NCBI GenBank assembly: GCA_003598175.1
Contig: QZKN01000097.1
Span: 23,861 to 87,860, forward strand
DNA: 64,000 bases
From: Candidatus Omnitrophota bacterium
GTDB lineage: Bacteria > Hinthialibacterota > Hinthialibacteria > Hinthialibacterales > Hinthialibacteraceae
Reading direction: 5' to 3'
Under the pieces are notes generated by a model, which saw only the letters and a list, made by a program, of their open reading frames with translations, made no database searches and had not been told where the DNA came from. A program made the translations under genes and the position numbers. Shown in pieces: positions 18,888 through 29,091 of the stretch; position 1 is the stretch's first letter, and every line of letters starts with the position of its first letter.

Positions 18888-20432
18888 TCAGACGGCATAT
18901 GTTTTTTCACGTTCGGTTCCGGCAATCAGGCGGTTGACGGCATTGAGAAACGCTTTCACGCTGGCGCGCAGGACGTCGGTGTCCGTCCCGCGTCCGATGA
19001 CTTCTCGATCCCCTTTGCGCAGGATGATATTCGCCGATCCCAACGCGTCGGTTCCGGTCGTGACCGCGCCGACGTGATAATCGACCAGTACGGCATCCTC
19101 CATACCCGTCAGTTGCTTGATCACGGAAAAAGCCGCATCCAGTGCGCCCGCGCCCGCCCCGGTCGCCTCCACGATATCGCCATTGGAGCGCAGCCGTACA
19201 TGGGCATTGGGCTTTTGTTGCTTCTCGATGTTGATGCTCAGATCCTCCAGCGAATATTTTCCATAATCAGCAGCGCGGGATTGCTCATCCACGATCGCGA
19301 TGATGTCTTCGTCGAAGACGTTTTTCTTCAAATCCGCCAATTCCTTGAATGAATCGAAGGCTTTTTCCAACGATTCGCCTTCCAGATGGAATCCCAGCTC
19401 TTCCAGGCGTTTGGTAAACGCATGGCGGCCGGAATGCTTGCCCAGCACCATCGAATGGCCGGTCCAGCCGACGGATTGAGGCGACATGATCTCATACGTC
19501 GTCCGCTCCTTCAACATCCCGTCCTGATGAATGCCCGCTTCGTGGGCGAAGGCGTTTGCGCCGACGATGGCCTTGTTCGGCTGCACGCCGATGCCGGTAA
19601 AGCGCGTCAACAGGCGGCTGGTGGGGTAAATCTGTTCGGTGTGAATGTTCGTGTGCACGTCGAAGAAATTCTTTCGCGTTTCGATATTCATCACGATTTC
19701 TTCGAGCGAGGCGTTGCCGGCGCGTTCGCCGATGCCATTGATGGTGCACTCCACCTGCCGCGCGCCGCTGCGAACCGCCGCCAGCGAGTTGGAAACGGCC
19801 AATCCCAAATCGTTGTGGCAATGCACGCTGATGACGGCCTGATGCACATTCTTCACTTTTTCGAAAATGTAAGCGATCAAATCGCCGAATTCCCACGGAT
19901 TTGAATACCCGACCGTGTCGGGTACGTTGATCGTGGCGGCGCCGGCGTCAATCGTCGCTTCGATGACTTCGCAAATGTAATCCCGATCGGTGCGGGCGGC
20001 GTCCTCGGTGGAAAACTCCACGTTTTCGGTGTACCCGCGCGCCCGCTTGACCGCCTTGACGGCGATGTCGCGCACTTCCTTGTTGGTTTTCTTCAATTTC
20101 TTCTCGACGTGAATGTTGCTGGTCGCGATAAAGGTGTGAATGCGCGGCCGGCTGGAATATTGTACTGCTTCCCAGCAGCGGTCGATGTCTTTTTCCATCG
20201 CGCGCGCCAGCCCGCAGATTTGCGGACCCTCAACCTGCTGCGCCACAGCTTTGACCGCCTCGAAATCGCCGGGCGACGAAATGGGAAAGCCCGCTTCGAT
20301 GACGTCCACGCCCAACCGTTTCAATTGAAACGCAAATTCCAGCTTCTCCTGCAGATTCATACTGAATCCGGGGGATTGCTCGCCGTCTCTCAAGGTGGTA
20401 TCGAAAATAATGATTTTTTTATCGTCGTTCAT
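18888..20432 (-). CDS. leuA: 2-isopropylmalate synthase
   Basis: [58 protein letters not shown]-terminal regulatory domain; Leu T-box upstream. Confidence 0.95.
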   Translation of the reverse strand: MNDDKKIIIFDTTLRDGEQSPGFSMNLQEKLEFAFQLKRLGVDVIEAGFPISSPGDFEAVKAVAQQVEGPQICGLARAMEKDIDRCWEAVQYSSRPRIHTFIATSNIHVEKKLKKTNKEVRDIAVKAVKRARGYTENVEFSTEDAARTDRDYICEVIEATIDAGAATINVPDTVGYSNPWEFGDLIAYIFEKVKNVHQAVISVHCHNDLGLAVSNSLAAVRSGARQVECTINGIGERAGNASLEEIVMNIETRKNFFDVHTNIHTEQIYPTSRLLTRFTGIGVQPNKAIVGANAFAHEAGIHQDGMLKERTTYEIMSPQSVGWTGHSMVLGKHSGRHAFTKRLEELGFHLEGESLEKAFDSFKELADLKKNVFDEDIIAIVDEQSRAADYGKYSLEDLSINIEKQQKPNAHVRLRSNGDIVEATGAGAGALDAAFSVIKQLTGMEDAVLVDYHVGAVTTGTDALGSANIILRKGDREVIGRGTDTDVLRASVKAFLNAVNRLIAGTEREKTYAV

Positions 20433-20569
20433 GATCGTTGTTTCCTTTTCATTTCAGGGGTGATGATGAGCGTCAAGCCACTCATGTTTGTTTTCTCTCG
20501 TTCCTGCCGTTTGCATATAAGATCGCTAAGATCGCTTTCGTCGCCGAGTTCATTGCCAAGGCCTAACAC
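20429..20569 (-). CDS. 46-aa upstream ORF coupled to leuA
   Basis: AAAGGAGGTGA SD, GTG start at 20569; [46 protein letters not shown], stop overlaps the leuA ATG. Confidence 0.45.
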   Translation of the reverse strand: MLGLGNELGDESDLSDLICKRQEREKTNMSGLTLIITPEMKRKQRS

Positions 20570-20615
20570 GATCATCACCTCCTTTCAACTGCGAAACTGT
20601 ATTCACGCTGCCATT

Positions 20616-20641
20616 TGTGGACAGGATGTCCGCGCTCCGGC
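20616..20641. repeat. REP-like palindrome, copy 2
   Basis: Matches 8061-8086. Confidence 0.65.
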
Positions 20642-20654
20642 GGTTTGAGACCAA

Positions 20655-20915
20655 TAAAAAACCTCGCCCCATGGTTCAGGGGCGAGGTCGGTTTTTCGAT
20701 CCCGCGGTACCACCCTGCTTCAGCGTTCGTTTCCAGGAACGCCCTTGTTTGCGCATGATCACGGTTGCGAACCGGCTTCAACTAGTGATTCGATGTGAAC
20801 GTTCGCGGAAGCGACTCCAAGGCGAGTTCGGCGCTTCGAAATACCGGTTCGCACCACCCACCGGCTCTCTCCGATTTCGAGATGACGCCTACTGCTCCTC
20901 TTCACGGTCTTTGGT
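20655..20915 (-). promoter_or_regulatory. T-box riboswitch with Leu (CUC) specifier and terminator
   Basis: Minus strand: AGTA, AGAGAG, GGTGCGA, specifier GAA-CTC (20826-20824), T-box GCAGGGTGGTACCGCG, terminator ACCTCGCCCC..GGGGCGAGGTTTTTT. Confidence 0.92.
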
Positions 20916-20934
20916 GATAAAATTTTAGTTAATA

Positions 20935-20962
20935 ATTATAACCGAAACGATTCGGTTGTCAA
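20935..20962 (-). promoter_or_regulatory. Consensus sigma70 promoter of the T-box/leuA leader
   Basis: TTGACA (20962-20957), 16 bp, TATAAT (20940-20935). Confidence 0.8.
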
Positions 20963-21379
20963 TGCATGATTTACTCTTTGTGAAAACACGAACATGTATC
21001 CGGCGACTATGTCTCCTTCCCCAACCTATTGATTTACCGGAAAATGCCTTTTAGTCGCTTAGATTGTTACAAGTGAACTACTCCGACTACATCTTGGGTT
21101 TTAGCCTCCGGAGGTCGCTTCTTTGACACATGGACGCTGGGAGTGAGATTTGTAGGGGGGAATATTACGCGTGGAAAAAAGGAGATGCCGCCGATAGTTG
21201 TGGTTCAATATGATGGGTCGGAGGAGATGGAGTTTTGGATGGAAGAATGAAGTCTGAATCGGGAGGGCAGGATGATAAGGATATTCAAGATAAGGTAACG
21301 CCGTGGTCTCGACTTCAGGATGCCGGTAAGAAGCCGGAGGGAAAGTACGAAGCATCACGAAAGAAAGGAGACGGTGAAC

Positions 21380-21673
21380 ATGAAGTACACCGTGATTCTC
21401 ACGGAAGAACAGGGCCGTTTTCAAGCAACGGTTGCCGGATTACCGGATTGTCACGTGAAGGCGAATACACGACTGGATGCGCTCAACACCATTCGTGACG
21501 CAATCAACCGATTGATCGGCCGTAGTGAGATTGTCCAACTCGAGGTGCCAACGAACCCGAAATTCTCGAACCTTCATTCCGATGTTCCCTGGGAATGGTT
21601 TGGGGCTTTTAAAGAAGATCCGACTTGGGAAACATTGTTCGATGACATCGAGCGCCAGCGAAGTACCGATTAA
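21380..21673 (+). CDS. HicB-like antitoxin
   Basis: AAGGAG SD; MKYTVILTEEQGRFQATVAGLPDCHVKANTRLDALNTIRDAI; C-terminal WFGAFKEDPTW. Confidence 0.75.
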   Translation: MKYTVILTEEQGRFQATVAGLPDCHVKANTRLDALNTIRDAINRLIGRSEIVQLEVPTNPKFSNLHSDVPWEWFGAFKEDPTWETLFDDIERQRSTD

Positions 21674-21688
21674 ATTGAAAGATCGCAT

Positions 21689-22117
21689 ATGTATCTATGG
21701 GATTCCAACATTTTGAGGCATTATGGGGAGGGACGCCCCCATATTCGACTCTATCTGGAGCATGTGAGTTGGTCTGAAATTGCGATTCCATCCGTTGTGG
21801 TTGCAGAAGTGTTGCGAGGGCGATGTGATTTTGCTCTAAAAGCCACCCCGGCGTTAGCAGTATACGCTCATGAGATGTTGATGAAAACAAAAAAGTTTTT
21901 GGAACAATTTACGATTTGTGTTTTTGATGAAGATTGTTCAAAAGCATTACACGAACGGAAACAACGTCACAAGGCTCATAAGCGTTATGCCGACATGCTT
22001 ATTGCTGCCATGGTGCAAGCGGGAAACCATGTCATTGTTACGCGAAACGTAGAAGATTTTGCCGTGCTATTACCCAAGAATCGAATTATCAATTGGATTG
22101 ATGAAAAACCGAAATGA
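21689..22117 (+). CDS. PIN-domain (VapC-like) toxin
   Basis: MYLWDSNIL, VVAEV, ADMLIAAM, VTRNVEDF. Confidence 0.88.
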   Translation: MYLWDSNILRHYGEGRPHIRLYLEHVSWSEIAIPSVVVAEVLRGRCDFALKATPALAVYAHEMLMKTKKFLEQFTICVFDEDCSKALHERKQRHKAHKRYADMLIAAMVQAGNHVIVTRNVEDFAVLLPKNRIINWIDEKPK

Positions 22118-22140
22118 GTTTTGGAAGCTGAATTAGTTTT

Positions 22141-22221
22141 GTAGGGTGGGCTCGATTCAGCCTACCATTCGGATTTGGGATACTATGGGTGGGTTACGCT
22201 TCGCTTTGAGCCCATCCTATG
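22141..22221. repeat. GTAG-type REP doublet in inverted orientation
   Basis: GTAGGGTGGGCTC..AGCCTACC on + and ATAGGATGGGCTC..AACCCACC on -. Confidence 0.55.
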
Positions 22222-22231
22222 CAGCTATAAA

Positions 22232-22858
22232 TTAATCAATCCAACGCCATGTAATATCCCTTATATCATAAATAATAATTCCCATAATAATCAAAGTCAA
22301 AATAAATCCGACCGAATTCACCTCGGAAACAGAAGCATCAGGCTTTTTAAAGCCTAAAACAATCGCAAAAAAAGATAAAACACAAACCAAACGAAAAATC
22401 CGTGGCCGTCTCGACACATATTTATCCAAACGTGCAACTCTATAAATTAATAATCCGATGAATGTAAAAAATAAAGCGCCCGAATTACCTGCTAAACTAA
22501 AAAAAATGAAATAAGAATAAATAATGCAGATATGAAACTTAAGATGTAACGTAATTTGGGGAATTTTGGTTCCGGTTCCAATCCACTATAAAGGTGACGT
22601 CTTTCATATTCCTCTGGTGATTCTTTATGACTATAATAGTTCCCATTTTTTGCTAAATAAGACATGATTACCTCCTTTGGGTTCTACTTCCACTGGAAAC
22701 GCTTTACATTTTAAAAAAGCTCGTCCTATGAATGTAGAGTAGATAGAAGTAAAATTCCTTCGTATGAAATAATAACTCTTTGCCGATTTTAGGGAATAAA
22801 CCCAGTGACTAGTATGTACATCAAGATCGTATCTGGCGTCATCCTTTTTTCCTTGCAT
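22232..22858 (-). pseudogene. AT-rich degraded cargo: small membrane-protein fragment(s)
   Basis: Short ORFs 22232-22429 and 22631-22858; ATG 22607 stops after 22 codons while a hydrophobic frame continues into 22429, suggesting a frameshift. Confidence 0.3.
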
Positions 22859-23102
22859 CTCGCAATGAACGTTCCTCTACTTTAGTGGTCAAGACGTATG
22901 CCGTCAATACGCATGCCGTCAATACGTAGTTATACCCAACGTATAATCGTTGATCAACAATCATACGACATGGAAAAACCCGTTCGGATTCATGCCGAAC
23001 AATTGAAACCCCATTATCACGGAAAAACCCAAAAACCATTCGGTTTTCTCTCGAATGGTAACATGGTTGTAGCATGGATTTTTTGATGTTTCCGGAATGA
23101 AG

Positions 23103-23172
23103 CGTAAGTCTAATGAAATCAAAGTCGGGGTGAGAGGATTTGAACCTCCGGCCCACTGCTCCCAAAGCAGTT
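23103..23172 (-). repeat. att direct repeat (distal): duplicated 3' part of tRNA-Pro plus downstream bases
   Basis: 70 bp identical to 31504-31573. Confidence 0.95.
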
Positions 23173-23286
23173 TACCCCCCCTACATATGGTATCACGGAT
23201 TAACACGGTTAAACGTAAATCCCTCATTTTATTCATTCTTTACTTGCATGGTCTACTTTACAAGCATCATGATATACCATATACTG

Positions 23287-23310
23287 TGTTGACTTGGTGT
23301 TGACTTGAGA
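23287..23310 (+). promoter_or_regulatory. Putative integrase arm-type sites (tandem GTGTTGACTTG)
   Basis: GTGTTGACTTGGTGTTGACTTGAGA occurs just inside both ends of the element (about 23287 and 31455). Confidence 0.7.
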
Positions 23311-23353
23311 GGGTATGGCGACAAATATCTCAAGTTTCATAGGAGGCGACGGC

Positions 23354-24571
23354 ATGAGTAAAGCGGCACGAAAACGTTTGCGGTTGACGAAGTCGATTAT
23401 CGACAAATTGGAGTATCCGGCGTTGCAATCGGGAAATCCGGATGTTCCGATTTACCCGTCATGCATTTATTGGGATACGGAAATCCGTTCCTTCGCCGTC
23501 CGTGTTTTCCCATCCGGCAAAAAATCCTACATTCTCGATTATCGCTGCAGAGGGCGGCATCGGCGGATGACGATAGGTTCATGTTCGGTTTTGACTCTCC
23601 ACCAAGCTCGAGAACGGGTAAGAAAACTGATGATTCAAATTTTAGACGGGGTTGATCCCTTGGAAGTCCGGGAATCACAGCGGAAGGTTTTGACCGTTAC
23701 GGAATTTTCGAATTTATTCATCGAACGGTACGCAAAGAAGTTTCGAAAATCATGGAAGGAAGACGCGCGGAGGCTCCATAAACACGTTATTCCGGCGTTC
23801 GGCTCGATCAGGCTTGATGCTCTGCAACGCGGCGACATATCGGCGTTTCATGCGGAAATCGGTGAATCATCCCCGGTTGAAGCGAATCGGGTAACGGAAC
23901 TTTTCCGGCGCATGTTTCACGTCGCGATGGAATGGGGATATTTGCCGTCCACGTTCGAGAATCCGGCGAAGGGCGTCAAAAAGTTTCCGGAAAAATCGCG
24001 GGAACGTGTGTTGACGGAAGAGGAAATCATCGCAATCGGGCAGGCGTTGATCGAAGAACAGAATGTTTATGCGCGAACGGCGATCACGCTTGCACTGCAC
24101 TTGGGTAACCGTATCGGAGAAATCCTCAAAGCGAAGTGGCGGGATGTGAATCTGAAAAATCGAACCTGGCTGTTTCCGGATACGAAAAGCGGCAAACAGC
24201 ACACTTTGCCGTTGACGGAGGAAACCGTGGGGCTACTCGAAAGCATACCCCGTGATTCATCAACAAAGGAAATTTTTCCGATCAAGAGCGTTCGCAAGGC
24301 ATGGGAGAGAATACGAAAAAAAACCGGATTGGAGAATATTCGCATTCACGATTTAAGGCGTTCGGCGGCAAGCATGATGGTGGACGATGGAATCTCGCTG
24401 CACATCGTGTCCAAGGTTCTGAACCATTCGAGTTTATCGATAACCAGCGGGGTTTATGCGCATGTCGGGATGGATCCGGTTGAAGACGCCTTACAAAAAC
24501 ATTCGAAGAAAATCGTTTCTTTGTTTCAACCGGCAACCGATGAAACAGGCGGTAAGGAAAACGTTTCTTGA
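23354..24571 (+). CDS. Tyrosine integrase, P4-like with arm-binding N-domain
   Basis: AGGAGG SD; YWDTEIRSFAVRV..GKKSYILDYR arm domain; catalytic R (GNRIGE), K (TKSG), HDLRR, LNH, Y (VYAH). Confidence 0.95.
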   Translation: MSKAARKRLRLTKSIIDKLEYPALQSGNPDVPIYPSCIYWDTEIRSFAVRVFPSGKKSYILDYRCRGRHRRMTIGSCSVLTLHQARERVRKLMIQILDGVDPLEVRESQRKVLTVTEFSNLFIERYAKKFRKSWKEDARRLHKHVIPAFGSIRLDALQRGDISAFHAEIGESSPVEANRVTELFRRMFHVAMEWGYLPSTFENPAKGVKKFPEKSRERVLTEEEIIAIGQALIEEQNVYARTAITLALHLGNRIGEILKAKWRDVNLKNRTWLFPDTKSGKQHTLPLTEETVGLLESIPRDSSTKEIFPIKSVRKAWERIRKKTGLENIRIHDLRRSAASMMVDDGISLHIVSKVLNHSSLSITSGVYAHVGMDPVEDALQKHSKKIVSLFQPATDETGGKENVS

Positions 24572-24612
24572 TGAAATGACCAGGAAAAAAGAAAGGAAGG
24601 AAGGAAGGAATC

Positions 24613-24963
24613 ATGGAAAAAACAATGTCACAAGCGGAAATCGAACGGCTGTTTGCCGATGAACCGGCGGGCGCAACGGCGGTGATGGATGACTTTCCGG
24701 ATGGAATCCGGGCGGCGGTCACGGGCGCGAAGGAATCGGCGACGGTCACGGCGGCGGCGGCAATCCCAGAAATCCTGAAAATCTTGTCGACCGTTGACGG
24801 GAAATTTCATCCGTCAATTTTCGCGGCGGTCACGGCGATTCAACGCACAGCGGCAGGCGATAGCGTCACGGCAATCGGCGATCAATTGAATGAACTTGCT
24901 TCCCGGCGATCACGGGAAACAAGGGCGAACGGCAAGCAAAGGCGGCGATGGTGGGGAAGGTGA
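24613..24963 (+). CDS. Hypothetical element protein
   Basis: 116-aa ORF with AAGGA SD, co-oriented with the integrase. Confidence 0.6.
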   Translation: MEKTMSQAEIERLFADEPAGATAVMDDFPDGIRAAVTGAKESATVTAAAAIPEILKILSTVDGKFHPSIFAAVTAIQRTAAGDSVTAIGDQLNELASRRSRETRANGKQRRRWWGR

Positions 24964-24994
24964 AAAATCCCCTCAACGCCAAAAGGATGAAACC

Positions 24995-25867
24995 ATGTCC
25001 CGAAAAAAAAAGGTAACCGACTTGCCAACTTGCCGATGCGAAGAAAAAATCATTTGGGATGACGGCAAAGGAAACCAGAGGTTTGAATGCAGTTATTCAA
25101 CCGATATAAGATTCTCTCAAAAGGTCAAAAACCAATTGATCCTACATGCCGGAATGGGCGCATATGAGGCGGAAAAGTTTTTAAACGATTATCCGAAACG
25201 AAGCAAAAACATGTTAAAATGCGTCAAAGGAAATCTTGATGATTATCACCTGCATTGGGCAAAAATTCGGGATGAACAAATTGAGGCAAGAGACAAATTG
25301 CAGAAAGCGGATGTGGAATTTTCATCAGCGAACAGGCCGTTTTTGTGTAACCAATATTCACTATGTTATGATCCTTCGGATGACGGCGATTTCATGAAAC
25401 AGTTTGCCGAAAAGCGAAACGCGATTGTAGCCTGTCACGGGGAAGTGGCCAAATTATTCACTGAACCTTTTTTAGATTTGGGAAAAATCGGATTATCATT
25501 GATCGATTCAATTCAAGCAGAACAGGATTTTTTGCAATACTTCAACAATCGGCGCGTGCAGCAACTGACCAAAGACTTACAAGGCCGACCTTCCAAAGGC
25601 GACGTAAACATCACACTAAAAAACCTGGCGCAAACATTCATACAATTCCACCAATGGAAAAAAAATAGAAAATGCAAGAAAGCGATTCGTGAGCATTGCG
25701 TTCGATTCGTTGCCGTTGCACTTGCAGCGGCAATGATCGAAGTTCCCGAATCAGGAAATATTGCGGAAAGTCACGCACTGCCAAATGCTCACGATAACCG
25801 TCTTGTTAAACGAATTTCATCCGCATACGACTTCATTCAACGAACCCCCAAACCCCTCTCAAAGTAA
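24995..25867 (+). CDS. Hypothetical element protein
   Basis: 290-aa ORF with AGGA SD; the slot upstream of alpA is often a regulator in satellites. Confidence 0.6.
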   Translation: MSRKKKVTDLPTCRCEEKIIWDDGKGNQRFECSYSTDIRFSQKVKNQLILHAGMGAYEAEKFLNDYPKRSKNMLKCVKGNLDDYHLHWAKIRDEQIEARDKLQKADVEFSSANRPFLCNQYSLCYDPSDDGDFMKQFAEKRNAIVACHGEVAKLFTEPFLDLGKIGLSLIDSIQAEQDFLQYFNNRRVQQLTKDLQGRPSKGDVNITLKNLAQTFIQFHQWKKNRKCKKAIREHCVRFVAVALAAAMIEVPESGNIAESHALPNAHDNRLVKRISSAYDFIQRTPKPLSK

Positions 25868-26011
25868 AAAAAATCATCTTTTTTACCCGTTGTAACTCCT
25901 TGATTTCATTGGAGAACGCAAAAAGTCACGTCAAAAAAGAGGCGACTTTTTGCGCAGGCGGGAAAAAGGTTCTGTGACAATCCATCTTAAAAAAGAAAGC
26001 GAGCTTCAACA

Positions 26012-26269
26012 ATGGATTATCACGAAATGATTAACGTTCCGCTCCACTTGGATCCCGATGCTTTGCTCAGCGAAAGGCAAGCGGCGGAGTTTCTTGGTTT
26101 CACAATTCGAGCGCTTCAATCCTGGAGGCAAAAAGGCAACGGTCCGAAATTCGTCAAAATTTCGGCAAGGGCGATTAAATATAGGCGGCGGGATTTGGTT
26201 GAATGGTGCGAGGGAAAAATTCGAAAATCCACATCCGATAGCGGCGGCGCGGGGGGGGATGAATCATGA
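26012..26269 (+). CDS. AlpA/excisionase-like HTH protein
   Basis: LLSERQAAEFLGFTIRALQSWRQKGNGPKFVKISARAIKYRRRDLVEW. Confidence 0.88.
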   Translation: MDYHEMINVPLHLDPDALLSERQAAEFLGFTIRALQSWRQKGNGPKFVKISARAIKYRRRDLVEWCEGKIRKSTSDSGGAGGDES

Positions 26270-27975
26270 GCACGGCGCTTGCGGTGAAGTTTAATCCAGA
26301 CTTCGAGCGGCAAATTCTTTCTTCAATCCTTTATGATCCGTCAAACGTCGAACGCTGTGGCGCTTTGTGCGGAGCGGATTTTTGCAATAAGACATTGGGA
26401 AAAATTTACCAGGCGGCTTGCGATATTTATCGAGACGGCGGCATCGTAGATGATAGTCTTATCATTGATAGATGTGGGGACGTGCACATAAATAAAGCTT
26501 CATTGTATGCGCTTCGCGACGAATATGTAACCGATTCCAATCTCGATTTTTGGGTTTCGCAAGTACAGGATTACGGCAGGCGGCTGGCGATAGGTAAATT
26601 ATTTGAGTCGGCGGCGAAGCGCATTGAACAAGCGGAAAATCTATCTGATTTCACGACAGATGTTATCGGAAAATTGCAGGCAATCAGCGGCGTAAATCCA
26701 ACAGATTCGACGGAAAAAACCGCCTGGCCGGAACCGTTGCCGCCAGAGGCTTACATTGGATTACTTGGTGAAATAACCAAATTCATAGAACCGGAAACCG
26801 AAGCGGATCCGGCGGGGATTTTGGCTCAACTGTTGGTAGTGTTTGGTAACGCAATTGGAAGGAATCCGTATTTTTTCGTGGAATCGGATTTCCATTACGC
26901 AAACGAATTTTTATGCTTAGTCGGTGAGACGTCAACGGCGGGGAAAGGCACTTCTTGGGGGTATATTCGGCGATTGTTTAAGGACGCGCTGCCCGACTAT
27001 TTTAAAAACAGAGTTGAGCCTGGTCTGAGCAGCGGTGAGGGGCTAATTCACAAGGTTCGAGATGCAACCGAAGTAGCGGGCGAAATCACGGATCCGGGAA
27101 TGGCTGACAAACGGTTGCTTGTGACAGAGGGGGAATTTGCATCACTCTTGCAGGCGATGAACCGGCCCGGAAATCGAGTTTCCACGATTATAAGAGAAGC
27201 CTGGGATTACGGGGATTTGGGGACGATGACTCGAAACAATCCTCAAAGGGCGACGGGCGCGCACATAAGCATTATCACGCATATCACATTTGAGGAGTTA
27301 AGAAAAACTTTTAAGGAGACGGACTGTCTTAACGGTTTCGGTAACCGTTTTTTGTGGGTTTGTGTAAAAAGGCAGAGATGCCTTCCGGAAGGCGGCAACG
27401 TTGATTTTTCGCGGCGTCAACAATACATTGAAAAGTTGCAACGTGCGGTAGAATTTGCGCAAGGACATTCGGCTGAGGTGCCTTTTGACATTCATGCGCG
27501 TGAACTTTGGCATGCAATCTATCCAAAACTTACGCAGGCGCGAGCGGGACTATCGGGCGCGATGTTGGCGCGATCTGCCCCCCACGTTCGCCGCCTGGCG
27601 CTGATTTATGCCTTGAGTGATTTCTCTTCCGTTGTTGAGGAAAAGCATTTGCAAGCATCACTAGAATTTTGGGAATATGTCGAACAATCGGTTGAATATA
27701 TTTTTGGCGATCATTACGGCAACCGAACCGCGGAAAAAATCATCAACGCACTTCGAGATAGTCCCGAAGGCCTAAGCGAAACGGCAATTTCGCGAGACGT
27801 CTTCGGCGGGAATAAAAATTACACAGAAATCAATCATGCGATAGAATCATTAAAAGCGGCTGGTAAAATTCGAACAGAAAAAAGAAGAACAAGCGAACGT
27901 GGGCGGGCGGCAACTATCGTTTTACGCTCGGATAGGTGTACGAAAGAAACGAAAGAAACGAAAGAAATGAAATAA
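26266..27975 (+). CDS. Replication protein: DnaB-like N-domain + DUF3987/YfjI-like helicase
   Basis: FERQILSSIL..ADF DnaB-N; Walker A-like VGETSTAGKGT, LSSGEGLI, Walker B-like LLVTEGE, GFGNRFLW; C-terminal wHTH. Confidence 0.8.
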   Translation: MSTALAVKFNPDFERQILSSILYDPSNVERCGALCGADFCNKTLGKIYQAACDIYRDGGIVDDSLIIDRCGDVHINKASLYALRDEYVTDSNLDFWVSQVQDYGRRLAIGKLFESAAKRIEQAENLSDFTTDVIGKLQAISGVNPTDSTEKTAWPEPLPPEAYIGLLGEITKFIEPETEADPAGILAQLLVVFGNAIGRNPYFFVESDFHYANEFLCLVGETSTAGKGTSWGYIRRLFKDALPDYFKNRVEPGLSSGEGLIHKVRDATEVAGEITDPGMADKRLLVTEGEFASLLQAMNRPGNRVSTIIREAWDYGDLGTMTRNNPQRATGAHISIITHITFEELRKTFKETDCLNGFGNRFLWVCVKRQRCLPEGGNVDFSRRQQYIEKLQRAVEFAQGHSAEVPFDIHARELWHAIYPKLTQARAGLSGAMLARSAPHVRRLALIYALSDFSSVVEEKHLQASLEFWEYVEQSVEYIFGDHYGNRTAEKIINALRDSPEGLSETAISRDVFGGNKNYTEINHAIESLKAAGKIRTEKRRTSERGRAATIVLRSDRCTKETKETKEMK

Positions 27976-28030
27976 GGGTGTTGTTTTTTGAACAGATGGG
28001 GAATTAATTCGTTTCTTTCGTTTAATTCGT
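27940..28030. repeat. Convergent 9-bp iteron arrays, putative element origin
   Basis: ACGAAAGAA x3 (27940-27966) facing ACGAAWKAA x3 on the minus strand (28004-28030) across an AT-rich spacer. Confidence 0.7.
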
Positions 28031-28047
28031 ACCATGCGGAGGGAAAA

Positions 28048-28398
28048 ATGAGCGGGAAATATTTTGCTTTGGCAAAGGAAACGCTTGAAAGAATAAGAGC
28101 GAATGAATCGAAACTTATTCATTCGAATGATTCGGTTATTCAACTGCAACCGGCGACGCGGGTTTATCCGAAACCTGAACCGTTCATCCCGCCATTCTAT
28201 GGCCGTGTGCGAGACCGTAGGGCGAAGGAATTGATCGATTCCGGCATTGAACCGGCGGCGGCGAAGGAACAGGCGCAAACGGAAATCATCGACTTTTATG
28301 AAAAGATTCAACGCGGGGAAACAATTAAATCGATTCATTGGTACCCGGCAAATGAGGCCGGGCTTGTTCTTTGCATTCCGGAAAGGGCGAAGAAATGA
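28048..28398 (+). CDS. Hypothetical element protein
   Basis: GGAGG SD, follows the origin. Confidence 0.6.
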   Translation: MSGKYFALAKETLERIRANESKLIHSNDSVIQLQPATRVYPKPEPFIPPFYGRVRDRRAKELIDSGIEPAAAKEQAQTEIIDFYEKIQRGETIKSIHWYPANEAGLVLCIPERAKK

Positions 28399-28427
28399 CG
28401 GAAAATGTAACGTTTTGGGACACTTAA

Positions 28428-28670
28428 ATGCAAAACAGTGAAGGACTTAAACAACAGGATACCCCGGTAGGCCGGTTAAACTCGATTTCAGCCGTTCGCA
28501 AAGAGATGGTTCGCGTTTATCGCGGCACAGTTTCCGGAAAAATCGAAGCGGAACGGGCGACAAAATTGATATGGATTCTCTGTCAGGTTCGCGATTCCAT
28601 TGAACTTGAGGCTGTTGAACCGGCAATCGAACGGCTGGAAAAACTGTTGACTGAAGGCCGATCAAGATAA
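28428..28670 (+). CDS. Small helical phage/satellite-type hypothetical protein
   Basis: RLNSISAVRKEMVRVYR...ATKLIWIL...IERLE pattern. Confidence 0.55.
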   Translation: MQNSEGLKQQDTPVGRLNSISAVRKEMVRVYRGTVSGKIEAERATKLIWILCQVRDSIELEAVEPAIERLEKLLTEGRSR

Positions 28671-28681
28671 AGGCGGGAATC

Positions 28682-29050
28682 ATGCGAGCAATTTTACGGC
28701 GGATCTTAAAAATCGAATCATGTTTAGCGAAGCGAACGCAACCGAAGGATGATGGCGCAGCGAAGAAAAAACTTCTTGAAGTGGCGCAGCAAAAAATCGA
28801 GATACTTTGCAAGTTGCATGAGGATGGTGTTGCGATTAACCCCCGGCGGGAATCCTTCGCAACCCTCATGCTTCACTTCCTTGCGTTCACAGTGGAATCC
28901 ATCCCGGAAACCATCAAGGATGAAGTCAATCGGCGATTACAGAACCGTGGCGCGGAGCCGATCAATTTCAAAACCATCGACAATGAAACGGCGTTTTTGT
29001 CGATGGTTAGAAAATGGATTGCAACGCAATCTATGGCGGCGGTTAAATAA
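28682..29050 (+). CDS. Hypothetical element protein
   Basis: 122-aa ORF, last of the + strand run. Confidence 0.55.
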   Translation: MRAILRRILKIESCLAKRTQPKDDGAAKKKLLEVAQQKIEILCKLHEDGVAINPRRESFATLMLHFLAFTVESIPETIKDEVNRRLQNRGAEPINFKTIDNETAFLSMVRKWIATQSMAAVK

Positions 29051-29091
29051 TGCTCACCACGGGCTTATATGGGTGTTTTAATTGAAATAAA

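Noticed and set aside
23125..23172. Second tRNA-Pro gene
   Set aside because: Lacks the 5' acceptor strand and D-arm; it is the att duplicate
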